Part shown: positions 37,477 through 50,777 of the stretch, piece by piece
Layout of the letters: each line of letters begins with the position of its first letter
Position numbering within the stretch: the stretch's first letter is position 1
DNA from: an uncultured bacterium
GTDB lineage: Bacteria; Acidobacteriota; Aminicenantia; UBA2199
NCBI GenBank assembly: GCA_965603365.1
Contig: CBFDCR010000004.1
Location: forward strand, 21,260-85,259
DNA: 64,000 bases
Direction: 5' to 3'
Program-made: the position numbers and the translations under genes
The notes under the pieces: generated by a model
Databases searched by the model: none
The model's input: only the letters and a program-made list of their open reading frames with translations
What the model was told of the DNA's origin: nothing

Positions 37477-38565
37477 ATGATTTTCGGCATTCCCAAGGAA
37501 TTATCCCAGTTTAAAGATATCCCCGAATGCAGGGTCGGCCTGTCGCCCATGGGGGTGAAAGAATTGGTAGTGGCCGGTTCTCAGGTCTATATTGAAAGCA
37601 AGGCCGGTGAATTGGCTGGCTTTACCGACGCCAATTATGAAAAAGCCGGAGGCATGATCGTTTACTCCAAAGAGGAAGCCTACCGCAGAGCCGATATCGT
37701 ATTAAAGGTGCGGAGCCCCCAGCCGGAAGAATATTCATTTATCAAAGATGGCCAGATCATCCTGGGATTTATGCACCTGGTCACCGCCCCGAAAGAATTC
37801 ATCCAAACGGTGAAAGATAAACAAGTCACTCTGATTGGCTATGAGATCATCCAGAAGGAAGATGGCCGGCTGCCAATCGTGATCCCCATGAGTGAGATGG
37901 CCGGCAAACTGGCGGTTCAAATCGCCGCTAGATTATTGGAGTCCGGTCATAATGGCCGCGGCATTTTACTCGGTGGTATACCGGGGATTCCCCCGGCCGA
38001 AGTGGTCATTATCGGTGCCGGAACATTGGGCGCCAACGCGGCCAAAAGTTTTGCCGGGATCGGTGCCAACGTTTACATCCTGGATGTCGACCGCGATAAG
38101 CTGGACGAGTTGGCCAGCCAGACTCAAAACATGAAAATTACCACCATGTTTGCCATCCGGCACAACCTTGAAAAACTGGTGAAATTTGCCGATGTGCTCA
38201 TCGGTGCGGTATCCGTCACCAGAAAAAAATCGCCGATACTGGTCACCAGGGAGATGGTGGAATCGATGCGCCGGGGTGCGGTGATTATGGATTTCTCCAT
38301 TGACCAGGGAGGTTGTGTGGAAACCTCTAAAATATCCCCCAGCGGAAAATTCGTTTACAGTGTCAACGACGTCATCCATTTCTGCATGCCCAATGCCACC
38401 ACCCTGGTGGCCAGAACCGCCACCCATGCCCTGACGTCTGGAGCCAGCCCTTATCTGCGAATCATTACCGAGTTGGGCTTTGAACGGGCCCTGCGGGGAA
38501 ATCGAGATCTTGCCAGAGGAATTTATGCCGAAAAAGGAGAGATTATCAAAGAATTTTTAACATGA
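37477..38565 (+). CDS. ald: alanine dehydrogenase
   Basis: AlaDH/PNT N-terminal domain (GIPKE...RVGLSP.GVKEL), NAD-binding VVIIGAGTLGANAAK, ~362 aa. Confidence 0.8.
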   Translation: MIFGIPKELSQFKDIPECRVGLSPMGVKELVVAGSQVYIESKAGELAGFTDANYEKAGGMIVYSKEEAYRRADIVLKVRSPQPEEYSFIKDGQIILGFMHLVTAPKEFIQTVKDKQVTLIGYEIIQKEDGRLPIVIPMSEMAGKLAVQIAARLLESGHNGRGILLGGIPGIPPAEVVIIGAGTLGANAAKSFAGIGANVYILDVDRDKLDELASQTQNMKITTMFAIRHNLEKLVKFADVLIGAVSVTRKKSPILVTREMVESMRRGAVIMDFSIDQGGCVETSKISPSGKFVYSVNDVIHFCMPNATTLVARTATHALTSGASPYLRIITELGFERALRGNRDLARGIYAEKGEIIKEFLT

Positions 38566-38582
38566 GCTAAGGAGTTTACAAT

Positions 38583-39878
38583 ATGAGTTGGTATGATGAT
38601 TATAAAAAGAAATGCTGTTCATTAGATGAAGCGGTTGCAGAGATCAAGAACAACGAGCGGGTCTATATCAGCGGTAATGCCGCCACCCCATTCAAACTGT
38701 TGGAAGCCCTGGCCCGGCGAAAAGACGAATTGCGAAATGTGGAAGTACTGCATGTCCTGCTGCTGGGAGACGACCCACTGGCAAAACCCGAGATGGAGGG
38801 CCATTTCCGGCATCACTCGCTCTTTGTGGGACCGGCAGACCGCGCGGCTATAAATGAAGGACGGGCCGACTATTATCCGGTATTTCTTTACGAAATTCCA
38901 GACCTTTTTTATTCTGGTCAACTCCCCCTGGATGCAGCCCTACTGCATGTGTCTCCACCGGATGAACACGGCTTTATGAGCTTCGGGGTTGAGTGCCTGG
39001 CCTCAAAAGCGGCGGCCGAATGCGCCAGTAGTGTTATCGCCATGGTGAACGATAGAATGCCCCGGACATTGGGAGATTCCTTCATCCATGTCTCCCGAAT
39101 CCACAAACTGGTCGAACTTTCCGAGAAAATACCAGAGTTAACCATCCCGCCATTTACGGAGATCGAAAAAAAGATCGGACGTTATATCGCCGACCTGGTG
39201 GAGGATGGCTCCACCTTGCAACTGGGCATCGGCGGTATCCCCAATGCCGCCTTGAAGGCAATGTTTGATAAAAAAGACCTGGGCATACATACCGAGATGG
39301 TTTCCGACAGTATTGTGGAGGCTATCGAGGCGGGGGTAATCACCGGTGCCAAAAAGACCCTGCACACCGGTAAGTGCATCGCCACCTTCTATTTAGGCAC
39401 CAAAAAGTTGTATGAGTTCATCCACAATAATCCCAACTTCGAGACCCACCCTACCAACTACACCAACCACCCGTTTACTGTGGGTCAGAATGCAAAGATG
39501 GTGGCCATCAACTCCGCCATTGAAGTGGACTTGACCGGCCAGGTCTGTTCCGATTCTATCGGTACCAGAATTTACTCGGGATTCGGCGGCCAGGTGGATT
39601 TCATTCGAGGGGCCGCCCAGTCAAAAGGCGGCAAACCGATCATCGCCCTGCCCTCCACTGCCAGAGGAGATGAAATTTCCAAGATTGTGCCCACACTGAA
39701 AGTAGGTGCCGGCGTGGTGACCACCCGGGCAGATGTCCACTACGTGGTGACCGAATATGGGGTAGCCAACCTTCACGGCAGAAATCTCCGTCAGCGGGCC
39801 CGGGAACTGATCAACATTGCCCATCCAAAATTTCGCTCCATGCTGGAAGAAGATGCCAAAAAGAGGAAGTTATTGTAA
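38583..39878 (+). CDS. acetyl-CoA hydrolase/transferase family protein (4-hydroxybutyrate/succinyl-CoA:acetate CoA-transferase-like)
   Basis: Two-domain AcetylCoA_hydro/hyd_C layout: YISGNAATPFKLLEAL..., GIGGIPNAALKA, catalytic-Glu region ...SGFGGQVDFIRGA. Confidence 0.8.
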   Translation: MSWYDDYKKKCCSLDEAVAEIKNNERVYISGNAATPFKLLEALARRKDELRNVEVLHVLLLGDDPLAKPEMEGHFRHHSLFVGPADRAAINEGRADYYPVFLYEIPDLFYSGQLPLDAALLHVSPPDEHGFMSFGVECLASKAAAECASSVIAMVNDRMPRTLGDSFIHVSRIHKLVELSEKIPELTIPPFTEIEKKIGRYIADLVEDGSTLQLGIGGIPNAALKAMFDKKDLGIHTEMVSDSIVEAIEAGVITGAKKTLHTGKCIATFYLGTKKLYEFIHNNPNFETHPTNYTNHPFTVGQNAKMVAINSAIEVDLTGQVCSDSIGTRIYSGFGGQVDFIRGAAQSKGGKPIIALPSTARGDEISKIVPTLKVGAGVVTTRADVHYVVTEYGVANLHGRNLRQRARELINIAHPKFRSMLEEDAKKRKLL

Positions 39879-40016
39879 TAAAATGGCTCACCAATTGACA
39901 TCCATTTTTTTCTATGATATTGTGATCATTCCTCATTTCTTAAGTATTCGAATATTTAAATGAGCATATATGTCGACAAAACCAAAATTAAGCCATAAGG
40001 AGACATAAAAAATATA

Positions 40017-41234
40017 ATGAGCATTAGCCTGATTGGAAGAACGATTAAGGAATCGGTCACCCTCAAGCTGAATGAGACGGCAGCAATCCTGAGAGCTAAG
40101 GGTGAACCGCTGATTCATTTGGGAGGCGGTGAACCCAAGACCAGAGCGCCCATCGATGCCATCACCAGTGCCGCGGCATTGCTGAATTCCGGTGAGCTTC
40201 GTTACGCTCCGGCAGACGGGATTCCCGCTCTAAAACAGGCCATTATCCGCTACACCGAAGAATATTACAACCGCAAGGCGGAACCGGAAAATGTGATCGC
40301 CTCCGGGGGCGCCAAGCAGGCCATCATGGTGGCTCTGCAGGCCATACTGGACCCCCAGGATGAAGTCATTTTCCCGGCACCCTATTGGGTCAGTTACCCC
40401 GAGATGGTAAAACTTTGCGGTGCAGTTCCGGTGCCGGTTTATTCCGAAGACGGTACCTTTTATCCCCGGCTGCTGGATATCGAGAGGCATTATACCTCCT
40501 ATACCAAGGCAGTGATCATTAATAGCCCCAATAACCCCACCGGTGCCCTATACCCGGAACAGTTTATTGCCGAAATCGTGGATTTCTGTGAAAAGAAGGG
40601 ACTCTACCTGATCATGGATGATATCTATCACCGCCTGGTTTTTGGCGGCAAGAGGTGGGTGAATTGTTGGGAACACGCCAAAGACAAATCGGAAAACTCC
40701 AGACTAATCATCGTAAACGGGGTGTCCAAGCAGTATGCCATGACCGGCTTCCGCATCGGCTGGGCCATCGCCAGCAAAAAATTAATCGAAGTGATGCGCA
40801 ACATTCAAGGACATCAGACCTCTGGGCCATCCGTACTGCTGCAGCGGGCGGCCGTGGGGGCGATCAACGGCGTTCAATCTTGCGTGAATAGTTTACGTTT
40901 GACGTTGGAGAACAACTGCAAGGTGATGATGGAGCAGTTAAACGCCTTCGACGGGGTCAATTCTACCAAACCGGACGGTACCTTCTATGTGTTTGCCGAC
41001 TTCAATGTGTATGGAAAAGACTCGACGAAATTGGCCTTCTTCTTGCTGGACAAAGTCCGTGTTATCACCGTACCGGGTGTCGAATTCGGTCTGGATGGCT
41101 ACCTGCGGCTCTCCACCTGCGGCTCCATCAAAGATATCACCGGAGGCATCGAACGGATGAAATGGGCACTGGATCCCAATTCGCCCAATGAATTGTACAT
41201 TGGAGAACGTAAATTAGTGAGGGATTGGATATGA
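40017..41234 (+). CDS. pyridoxal-phosphate-dependent aminotransferase, class I (aspartate aminotransferase-like)
   Basis: NSPNNPTGALY, PLP-lysine motif VNGVSKQYAMTGFRIGW. Confidence 0.85.
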   Translation: MSISLIGRTIKESVTLKLNETAAILRAKGEPLIHLGGGEPKTRAPIDAITSAAALLNSGELRYAPADGIPALKQAIIRYTEEYYNRKAEPENVIASGGAKQAIMVALQAILDPQDEVIFPAPYWVSYPEMVKLCGAVPVPVYSEDGTFYPRLLDIERHYTSYTKAVIINSPNNPTGALYPEQFIAEIVDFCEKKGLYLIMDDIYHRLVFGGKRWVNCWEHAKDKSENSRLIIVNGVSKQYAMTGFRIGWAIASKKLIEVMRNIQGHQTSGPSVLLQRAAVGAINGVQSCVNSLRLTLENNCKVMMEQLNAFDGVNSTKPDGTFYVFADFNVYGKDSTKLAFFLLDKVRVITVPGVEFGLDGYLRLSTCGSIKDITGGIERMKWALDPNSPNELYIGERKLVRDWI

Positions 41235-42889
41235 CAAAATACCTTGAATTTGAAACACCGGCATTAAAGCATGCCACCGAGTTGGCAAGCGATTATAAAC
41301 TGGCGAATCACGGGCTGGTTCACCTGGATTTCGTATTCTGGAACCTTCCGGAATCCGCATTGTACGAAGAGGCGGTTTTTCGGGGTGAAGGCAAAATCGT
41401 ACACGGTGGTCCCTTCCTGGTAAATACCGGAAAATGGACGGCCCGGGCCGCCAACGAAAAATATTTTGTGCGGGAACCGTCTACCGAAGATAAAATCGAC
41501 TGGGGGGAATACAACCGTCCCATGAGTCTGGAGAAGTTCAACGGTATCCAGGGCCGGCTTCAGGCCTTTCTGCAAGGTGAAGAACTGTTTGTCCAGGATG
41601 TCTATGTAGGCGCCGACCCCAACTACCGCATGCCCATCCGCATCATCACCGACAAAGCCTGGCAGAGTCTGTTTGCCCGCAACATGTTCATCACCACCAA
41701 CAATCGTGATGAATTGAAGCGTTTCGTTCCGGAATTCACCCTGGTCGCCTCCCCCTCTTTCAAGGTGGACCCCAGGATCGACGGCACCAACAGCGAGACC
41801 GCCATCGTCATCGATTTTTCTAAGCGTTTGGCAATCGTGGCCAATTCCAGCTACGGCGGTGAGATCAAAAAGTCCATTTTCACCGTCATGAACTACCTGA
41901 TGCCCCTCCAGGATGTGATGTCCATGCACTGTTCTGCCAACGTCGGCGAAAAGGATGATGTGGCCCTGTTCTTCGGTCTCAGCGGCACCGGCAAGACCAC
42001 CCTCTCCGCCGACCCCACCCGGAAACTGATTGGAGACGACGAACACGGCTGGAGCGACGAAGGGGTATTTAACTATGAGGGCGGCTGTTATGCCAAGGTG
42101 ATCCGCCTGTCGGCAGAGAACGAGCCGGAGATCTATGCCTGTACCCGCCGGTTCGGTACGATTTTAGAAAATGTCGTATTCGACCCTGGCTCCCGAAAAA
42201 TCGATCTGGACGACGACCATTTTACCGAAAACACCCGGGCCTCCTATCCATTAGAATTCATCCCCAATGCCATGGAAGAAAAAATGGCCCGATCACAGCC
42301 CAAAAATATCGTCTTCCTGACCTGCGATGCCCAAGGGGTTATGCCTCCCATTGCCCGGCTGGACATGAACCAGGCGATTTACCACTTCGTCAGCGGCTAC
42401 ACTTCAAAAATCGCCGGCACCGAGATCGGTCTGGGCATCGAGCCGGAAATCACTTTCAGCGCCTGTTTCGGCGCCCCCTTCATGGTACACCATCCTTACC
42501 GCTACGCCGACCTGCTGCGACAGAAGGCCGAAAAAGTGGGGGCCAACGTCTGGCTGGTCAATACCGGCTGGGTGGGCGGCAAGTTTGGCGTGGGCAAACG
42601 CATCAGTATCCGCCACACCCGCAACATGCTGAACGCCGCCTTAGAGGGCAAACTGGACAACATCGAGTACCGCCAGGATAAACTCTTCGGCTTTGAAGTC
42701 CCCCGTACCTGCCCCGACGTACCGGAAGATGTATTTATCCCGGAGAATGCCTGGGGCAACAAAAACGAATACTGGCAAAAATACGATGCCCTGGTGTCCA
42801 GATACATCGAGAACTTCAAGATCTACGCCGCCGGTTGCCCCGAAGAGGTACTCGCCGCCGGTCCCAAACGCCTGCGGAATGTAAAATAA
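41231..42889 (+). CDS. pckA: phosphoenolpyruvate carboxykinase (ATP)
   Basis: Kinase-1a FFGLSGTGKTTLSAD, ...LIGDDEHGW..., ~550 aa; ATG 41231 overlaps the aspC-like stop as ATGA. Confidence 0.9.
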   Translation: MTKYLEFETPALKHATELASDYKLANHGLVHLDFVFWNLPESALYEEAVFRGEGKIVHGGPFLVNTGKWTARAANEKYFVREPSTEDKIDWGEYNRPMSLEKFNGIQGRLQAFLQGEELFVQDVYVGADPNYRMPIRIITDKAWQSLFARNMFITTNNRDELKRFVPEFTLVASPSFKVDPRIDGTNSETAIVIDFSKRLAIVANSSYGGEIKKSIFTVMNYLMPLQDVMSMHCSANVGEKDDVALFFGLSGTGKTTLSADPTRKLIGDDEHGWSDEGVFNYEGGCYAKVIRLSAENEPEIYACTRRFGTILENVVFDPGSRKIDLDDDHFTENTRASYPLEFIPNAMEEKMARSQPKNIVFLTCDAQGVMPPIARLDMNQAIYHFVSGYTSKIAGTEIGLGIEPEITFSACFGAPFMVHHPYRYADLLRQKAEKVGANVWLVNTGWVGGKFGVGKRISIRHTRNMLNAALEGKLDNIEYRQDKLFGFEVPRTCPDVPEDVFIPENAWGNKNEYWQKYDALVSRYIENFKIYAAGCPEEVLAAGPKRLRNVK

Positions 42890-42936
42890 TAGATAAACGT
42901 ATAAAATAAAACACTTAACTTAGTAGGAGGGTAAAT

Positions 42937-44133
42937 ATGAACGTTAATTCTATCGAAGAGGCTAAGGCCCACTTTGCCCAACTGGCGGAAGATCAGTTGA
43001 AACGGATCGAGGAGATGAAGAAGGCCAAAGACTGGATCGACTACAAGACCCTGAAACCGATCATCATCGGCATTATCGGCGGCGACGGCATCGGCCCTTA
43101 TATTGCCGAAGAGGCCCGACGGATTCTTGAATTTCTATTAAAAGATGAAGAGAAATCAGGAAGAGTGGAACTCCGCAACATCGAGGGTTTGACCATCGAA
43201 AACAGGGCCGAACAAAACCAGCCCATCCCCGACGATGTGCTGGCGGAGATCAAGAAGTGCCACGTCACCCTGAAAGGCCCGACCACCACTCCCCGAAAAG
43301 GCGATCCCTGGCCCAACATCGAGAGCGCCAACGTGGCCATGCGTAAGAAGCTGGACCTGTTTGCCAATGTCCGGCCCGTCCGGGTTCCCCAGGACGGAAT
43401 CGACTGGATATTTTTCCGAGAAAATACCGAGGGCGCCTATGCCTTAGGAGACCAGGGCGTGGCCATCGGCGACGATCTGACTATGGACTTCAAGGTTATT
43501 ACCAGCCAGGGGGCCGACAGAATCATTAGACTGGCTTTCGAATATGCCCGAAAAAATAACATAAACAGAGTCACGCTGGTGACCAAGGCCAACGTGATCA
43601 AGACCACCGACGGCAGGTTTCTCGATACCGGTTACAAAATTGCCGAAGAGTACCCGGAGATCGAGTGCGACGACTGGTATATCGATATTATGACCGCCAA
43701 ACTGGTGGACCCCAAGCGCCGCACCCAGTTTAAAGTACTTATTTTGCCCAATCTCTACGGTGACATCCTGACCGACGAAGCCGCCGAATTTCAGGGCGGT
43801 GTGGGTACCGCCGGCAGCGCCAATATCGGCAAACAGTATGCCATGTTTGAGGCCATCCACGGCTCTGCCCCCCGAATGGTGAAAGAAGGCAGAGCCCAAT
43901 ACGCCGATCCCTGCAGTATGATCCGGGCCGCTGCTTTGCTCTTAAATCACATCGGTTTTGGCAAACAAGGCAAAAAACTGGAGATGGCCCTCGACATATG
44001 CGGACAATACGAGAAGAAGTTGACGATTACCGGCAGGTCCGACGGAGCCACCGGCAAGGAGTATGCCGGGTACTTAATGGAAACCATCGAACTGCCCGAC
44101 CTGGAAGAGAAGTGGCAGAGCTATCAGCCTTGA
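42937..44133 (+). CDS. isocitrate/isopropylmalate dehydrogenase family protein (probably NAD(P)-dependent isocitrate dehydrogenase)
   Basis: IIGIIGGDGIGPYI; signature NLYGDILTDEAAEFQGGVGTAGSANIG; sits in a TCA/anaplerotic gene context. Confidence 0.75.
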   Translation: MNVNSIEEAKAHFAQLAEDQLKRIEEMKKAKDWIDYKTLKPIIIGIIGGDGIGPYIAEEARRILEFLLKDEEKSGRVELRNIEGLTIENRAEQNQPIPDDVLAEIKKCHVTLKGPTTTPRKGDPWPNIESANVAMRKKLDLFANVRPVRVPQDGIDWIFFRENTEGAYALGDQGVAIGDDLTMDFKVITSQGADRIIRLAFEYARKNNINRVTLVTKANVIKTTDGRFLDTGYKIAEEYPEIECDDWYIDIMTAKLVDPKRRTQFKVLILPNLYGDILTDEAAEFQGGVGTAGSANIGKQYAMFEAIHGSAPRMVKEGRAQYADPCSMIRAAALLLNHIGFGKQGKKLEMALDICGQYEKKLTITGRSDGATGKEYAGYLMETIELPDLEEKWQSYQP

Positions 44134-44231
44134 ATTGAGTGATCAAAAAAAAATAAAAATTCCCTTCGACGTTTACTTGCAAGTGTGGTAAAATAGGAAT
44201 TAAATCAAATCATTAAGCGAGGTAAAACAAA

Positions 44232-46484
<2,253 letters not shown>

Positions 46485-46493
46485 GAAATACGT

Positions 46494-46560
46494 GGTCCAG
46501 GGTCCCGGTGGTCCGGTGATCACCGGGCCACCTGGACCCTTTACTTCTTTTTACATATTG
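46494..46560 (+). terminator. Rho-independent terminator (long GC-rich hairpin with GGTGATCACC centre, then T-rich tail)
   Basis: ~21-bp imperfect stem GGTCCAGGGTCCCGGTGGTCCGGTGA / TCACCGGGCCACCTGGACCC followed by tttacttctttttacat. Confidence 0.6.
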
Positions 46561-46582
46561 ATTCTAAAAAAATGGAGGTGTT

Positions 46583-48502
46583 ATGATGGGACTCACATTA
46601 ACCGAAAAAATATTAAAAAGCCACCTGGTGGAAGGCGAAATGATCAAGGGCCAGGAGATCGCCGTCCGCATCGACCAGACCCTGACCCAGGACGCCACCG
46701 GCACCATGGCCTACCTGCAATTCGAGGCCATCGGCCTTCCCCGGGTCCGGACCGAACTCTCCGTCAGCTATGTAGATCACAATACCCTGCAGGGTGACTT
46801 TCGCAACGCCGATGATCACAAATTTTTACAGTCGGTGGCCGCCAGATACGGCGTTTACTTCTCCCGGCCCGGCAACGGTATCTGCCATCAACTGCATTTA
46901 GAGCGCTGTGCCCGGCCTGGCAAAACCCTGCTGGGCAGCGACAGCCACACCCCGTCGGGCGGCGGTGTAGGCATGATCGCCATGGGCGCCGGCGGTCTCG
47001 ACGTGGCCGCAGCCATGGCCGGCGAGCCCTTCAGGATCAAGACCCCCAGGGTGGTCAGTGTCCACCTCACCGGCAGCCTGCCCCCCTATGTCTCCGCCAA
47101 GGATATCATCTTAGAGGTACTCCGGCGCATCGACGTCAAAGGCGCGGTGGGCAAGGTGCTGGAATACACCGGCCCCGGCGTTACGACCCTTAGTGTACCG
47201 GAGCGGGGCACCATTACCAACATGGGCACCGAGACCGGCGCCACCACCTCGGTCTTCCCTTCAGACCACATCACCCGAGCCTTCCTGGAAGCCCAGGCCC
47301 GGGGCGACCAGTGGGTCGAACTGCTGGCCGATGAGGACGCCCGGTATGACGAGGTCATCGACATCGACCTCGGCCAACTGGAACCCTTAGCCGCCGCACC
47401 CCACAGCCCCGGAAATGTCAAGACCATCCGGGAACTGGAGGGCAGCCGGGTCGATCAGGTCTGTATCGGCTCCTGTACCAACTCCTCGCTGCGGGATCTC
47501 AAGACCGTGGCCCAGATGCTCAAAGGCAAGACCATCGCCCCCAGCCTCTCCCTCACCATCTCCCCCGGCTCCCGCCAGGTCTGGGACCACCTCATCGAAA
47601 GCGGCGAGATGCAGTACATCGTGGACGCCGGCGCCAGGATCCTGGAGAATGCCTGCGGCCCCTGCATCGGCATGGGCCAGGCCCCCAACACCGGCGCCGT
47701 ATCGGTGCGCACCTTTAACCGCAACTTCGAAGGCCGCTCCGGCACCCCATCGGCCCAGGTCTACCTCGTCTCCCCTGAAACCGCAGCCGCCACCGCCTTA
47801 GCCGGGGAGTTCAAGGACCCCCGAAAGAGCGAAGGCACACTGAAGCTCGACATGCCGGAAACATTCCTCATCAACGACAACATGATCATCCCCCCACCCG
47901 AAGACGGCAGCGGCGTGGAGATCATCCGGGGACCCAACATCAAGCCCCTGCCCAGGTTCGACCCCCTGCCCCACACCCTGGAGGGCGAAGTACTCCTCAA
48001 CGTGGGCGACAATATCACCACCGACCACATCATGCCCGCCGGGGCCAAGATCCTACCCCTGCGTTCCAACATCCCGGAGATCGCCAAACACGTGTTTGAA
48101 CAGGTGGACGAACAGTTTTACCACCGGGCCATGAAGGCCGGCGGCGGCTTTATCGTGGGAGCCGAAAACTACGGTCAGGGTTCATCCCGCGAACACGCAG
48201 CCTTAGCCCCCAAGCACCTCCAGGTTAAGGCAGTGGTGGTCAAATCATTCGCCCGCATCCACTTAGCCAACCTCATCAACTTCGGCATCGTGCCCCTGAC
48301 CTTCAAGAACCCCGCCGATTACGATAAGATCGCCCGGGGCGACCGACTCTCCATCGACGTCAGCAATCTCCAGGGCACCGTCACCCTGAAGAATATCAGC
48401 AAAAACCAGACCTACGAGCTGGAACACAGCCTCTCCGACCGGGATATCATGCTGCTTAAGGCCGGCGGCAAACTCCCCTACCTCAAGCAGCAGCACAGTT
48501 AA
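46583..48502 (+). CDS. aconitase-family hydratase (aconitate hydratase / LeuCD-fusion type)
   Basis: Aconitase catalytic domain (Fe-S ligand region GSCTNSS..., CGPCIGMGQAP) fused to a swivel domain; 639 aa. Confidence 0.8.
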   Translation: MMGLTLTEKILKSHLVEGEMIKGQEIAVRIDQTLTQDATGTMAYLQFEAIGLPRVRTELSVSYVDHNTLQGDFRNADDHKFLQSVAARYGVYFSRPGNGICHQLHLERCARPGKTLLGSDSHTPSGGGVGMIAMGAGGLDVAAAMAGEPFRIKTPRVVSVHLTGSLPPYVSAKDIILEVLRRIDVKGAVGKVLEYTGPGVTTLSVPERGTITNMGTETGATTSVFPSDHITRAFLEAQARGDQWVELLADEDARYDEVIDIDLGQLEPLAAAPHSPGNVKTIRELEGSRVDQVCIGSCTNSSLRDLKTVAQMLKGKTIAPSLSLTISPGSRQVWDHLIESGEMQYIVDAGARILENACGPCIGMGQAPNTGAVSVRTFNRNFEGRSGTPSAQVYLVSPETAAATALAGEFKDPRKSEGTLKLDMPETFLINDNMIIPPPEDGSGVEIIRGPNIKPLPRFDPLPHTLEGEVLLNVGDNITTDHIMPAGAKILPLRSNIPEIAKHVFEQVDEQFYHRAMKAGGGFIVGAENYGQGSSREHAALAPKHLQVKAVVVKSFARIHLANLINFGIVPLTFKNPADYDKIARGDRLSIDVSNLQGTVTLKNISKNQTYELEHSLSDRDIMLLKAGGKLPYLKQQHS

Positions 48503-48616
48503 ATATTACCCCATTCAAGAACAGAGATTTTGACGGAGCCCTTGAGCAGACATGATGGAGGGGATTGTTTTGCGGGCGATTTTGGAGTATACTTGACATT
48601 TATTCGGAGGCAATCA

Positions 48617-50091
48617 TGGATTCTTTAGAAAAAACATTACAGGAATTGGCACAGAAAGTGGCAGCCAACAACCTCTGGCGGCAGCGGCGCTGCTTCAACC
48701 TCATTCCCTCGGAAAATACGCCCTCACTGCTGGTAAAGCTCTGTGAGATCAGCGACCCCTCCGGCAGGTATGCCGAGCACAAGACCGCCTTGAAAAAGGA
48801 ACGGCAAGAACTGGAGGGAAGCGGTGCCCTCAAGGGAAACCAGATCTACTATTACCAGGGCATCGATTTTATCTTTGAGGTGGAAGAGCGCCTGAAGGAA
48901 GAGTTTGGTAAATATATCTCCGCCTCGGAGGTGGAGGCCCGGACAATCAGCGGCCAGATGGCCAACGAGGTGGTATTTAAGGCCATGGTCAAATTTTTAG
49001 CCGCCGGCAAAGGGGACTTCCCCCCCCTCACCAACACCGGTCGTCTGGCCACGGCCATGAACAACCATCTCAACTACGGCGGTCACCTGAGTGCCCAGCC
49101 CTTCGGCGCCCTCTTCAACTTCGTGGAGGGCGATGTGGTCAATTTTCCCTTAGTTGAGAACAACCCCTACAAAACCGATGTAAATAAAATGCTGGAACTG
49201 GTGGATCAACACCGGCCGCCCCTCATTGTATTCGGCAAGAGCATGTTCCTCCACCCCGAACCGGTCAAGCCGCTCCGGGAGTTTATCAACGGCAGCGACG
49301 GTTACAACCCGGTGGTGATGTTCGACGCCGCCCATGTCCTGGGTATCCTGGGGCCCCATTTCCAGGACCCCTTAGCCGAAGGCGCCGACGTGGTGACCGG
49401 CTCTACCCACAAGACCTTCTTCGGCCCGCAGCGGGGTATCATCGCCGCCAACATGCCCAAGGGAAGCCCGATGCGGAAGCTCTGGTTGGAGATCAATTCC
49501 CGGGCCTTCCCCGGCTCCACCAGCAACCACCACCTGGGCACCTTGCTGGCCCTGCTGGTGGCCACCATCGAAATCAATCATTTCAAAGGCGAATACCAGA
49601 AGCAGGTGGTGGCCAATGCCAGGGCCTTTGCCAGCGCCTGCGCCGACCACGGCATCCCGGTCGAGGGTGGTGAAGAGGATGGCTATACCAGCACCCACCA
49701 GGTGGTGATCCGGGTAGCAAAGTTTGGCGACGCCAAGGATATTGCTTATCGGCTGGAGGAGAACAACGTCGTCACCAACTACCAGGCCCTGCCGGATGAC
49801 GAAACCTTTTACCATCCCAGCGGCATCCGCATGGGCGTCCCGGAGATGACCCGCTTCGGCATGAAGGAGCCGGATTTCGACCACCTGGCCCAACTGATGG
49901 CAGACATCATCATCCGCAGCAAGAATGTAGGTGACGAAGTGGCCGAGTACCGCCAGCAGTTCCAGACCATGCACTACTGCCTGAGCCTGGATGAGACCCT
50001 TAAAATTGCCCCCGCCATCTTCGAGAGCCTGTTCCCCAGCGCCGATTACTTCCAGGGTGTAACCCGGGCCCTAAACCAATTCAAATCCTGA
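48617..50091 (+). CDS. serine hydroxymethyltransferase-family (fold-type I PLP) protein, divergent/long form
   Basis: LIPSENTPS (cf. LIASENF) and PLP-Lys region TGSTHKTFFGPQRGII (cf. TTTTHKTLRGPRGG); the start is set at ATG 48617 (GGAGG RBS) rather than the ORF-track start 48565. Confidence 0.65.
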
Positions 50092-50399
50092 CCTTCAGAC
50101 CACCGGCGTGAAAAACCGGACCAGGTAGAAATCTTCGGCATCGCAGATTTAATATCCTGCTCTTCGAGGAATAAGTCGACGGCAATTTTTAAATTCTTTC
50201 TGGCCCCATCGATGGTACTGCTTTTTTGCTTGCCTTTGGCTGCCGCAGTAAATGCAGATTCTCCCGTGCCCTGCCCCATCTATTTTTTACATCTTTCAGC
50301 TATTCCTGAGAAATTTGAAAGAAATAAGAAACTCTGTGGATAGCCAATAAATGTTTAGAAACTTTAAAAATTTAGGGGCATTCGAATATTTGCTGTCTG

Positions 50400-50777
50400 C
50401 TATAAATGCTCGATGATCTCATCGATTAACTCCGAAATGTCCGGCAAAACAGCTTTAATGGGTTCTCCGCCCTTTGGATGTTTGTGTTCTTTAAATCCTG
50501 GATCGGGCTTATGGGCGGCATTGTCATAACGAAAGATGCAATTGCCCTCCCGATCCTGGTAATGATATGCATAACTGACTCTTTCGATTCCAAATCTACC
50601 ATCAAGGTATTCCTTTACTTGTAATTCTGAGCCGTTGATTAAGATAATTCTGACATTGATAATTGCCTGTTTGTTGGGCCTTATTTCTTCGTTAATTTCG
50701 ATAGTTTCCGCATAGCCATAATCTTCAAGCCTTTCAAGATGTGAGCGAAGAGAGTGAAAATAATCATGAAGAAACAT
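50400..50777 (-). CDS. hypothetical protein, downstream gene of a two-gene toxin-antitoxin-like pair
   Basis: 125 aa; overlaps the upstream 98-aa ORF by 14 nt; low GC; family not recognised with confidence. Confidence 0.45.
   Translation of the reverse strand: MFLHDYFHSLRSHLERLEDYGYAETIEINEEIRPNKQAIINVRIILINGSELQVKEYLDGRFGIERVSYAYHYQDREGNCIFRYDNAAHKPDPGFKEHKHPKGGEPIKAVLPDISELIDEIIEHL

Noticed and set aside
50046-50279. 77-aa minus-strand ORF downstream of the glyA-like gene (possible gene remnant)
   Set aside because: Overlaps the 3' end of the plus-strand gene, has no recognisable domain or RBS. Could be a fragment, but evidence is insufficient
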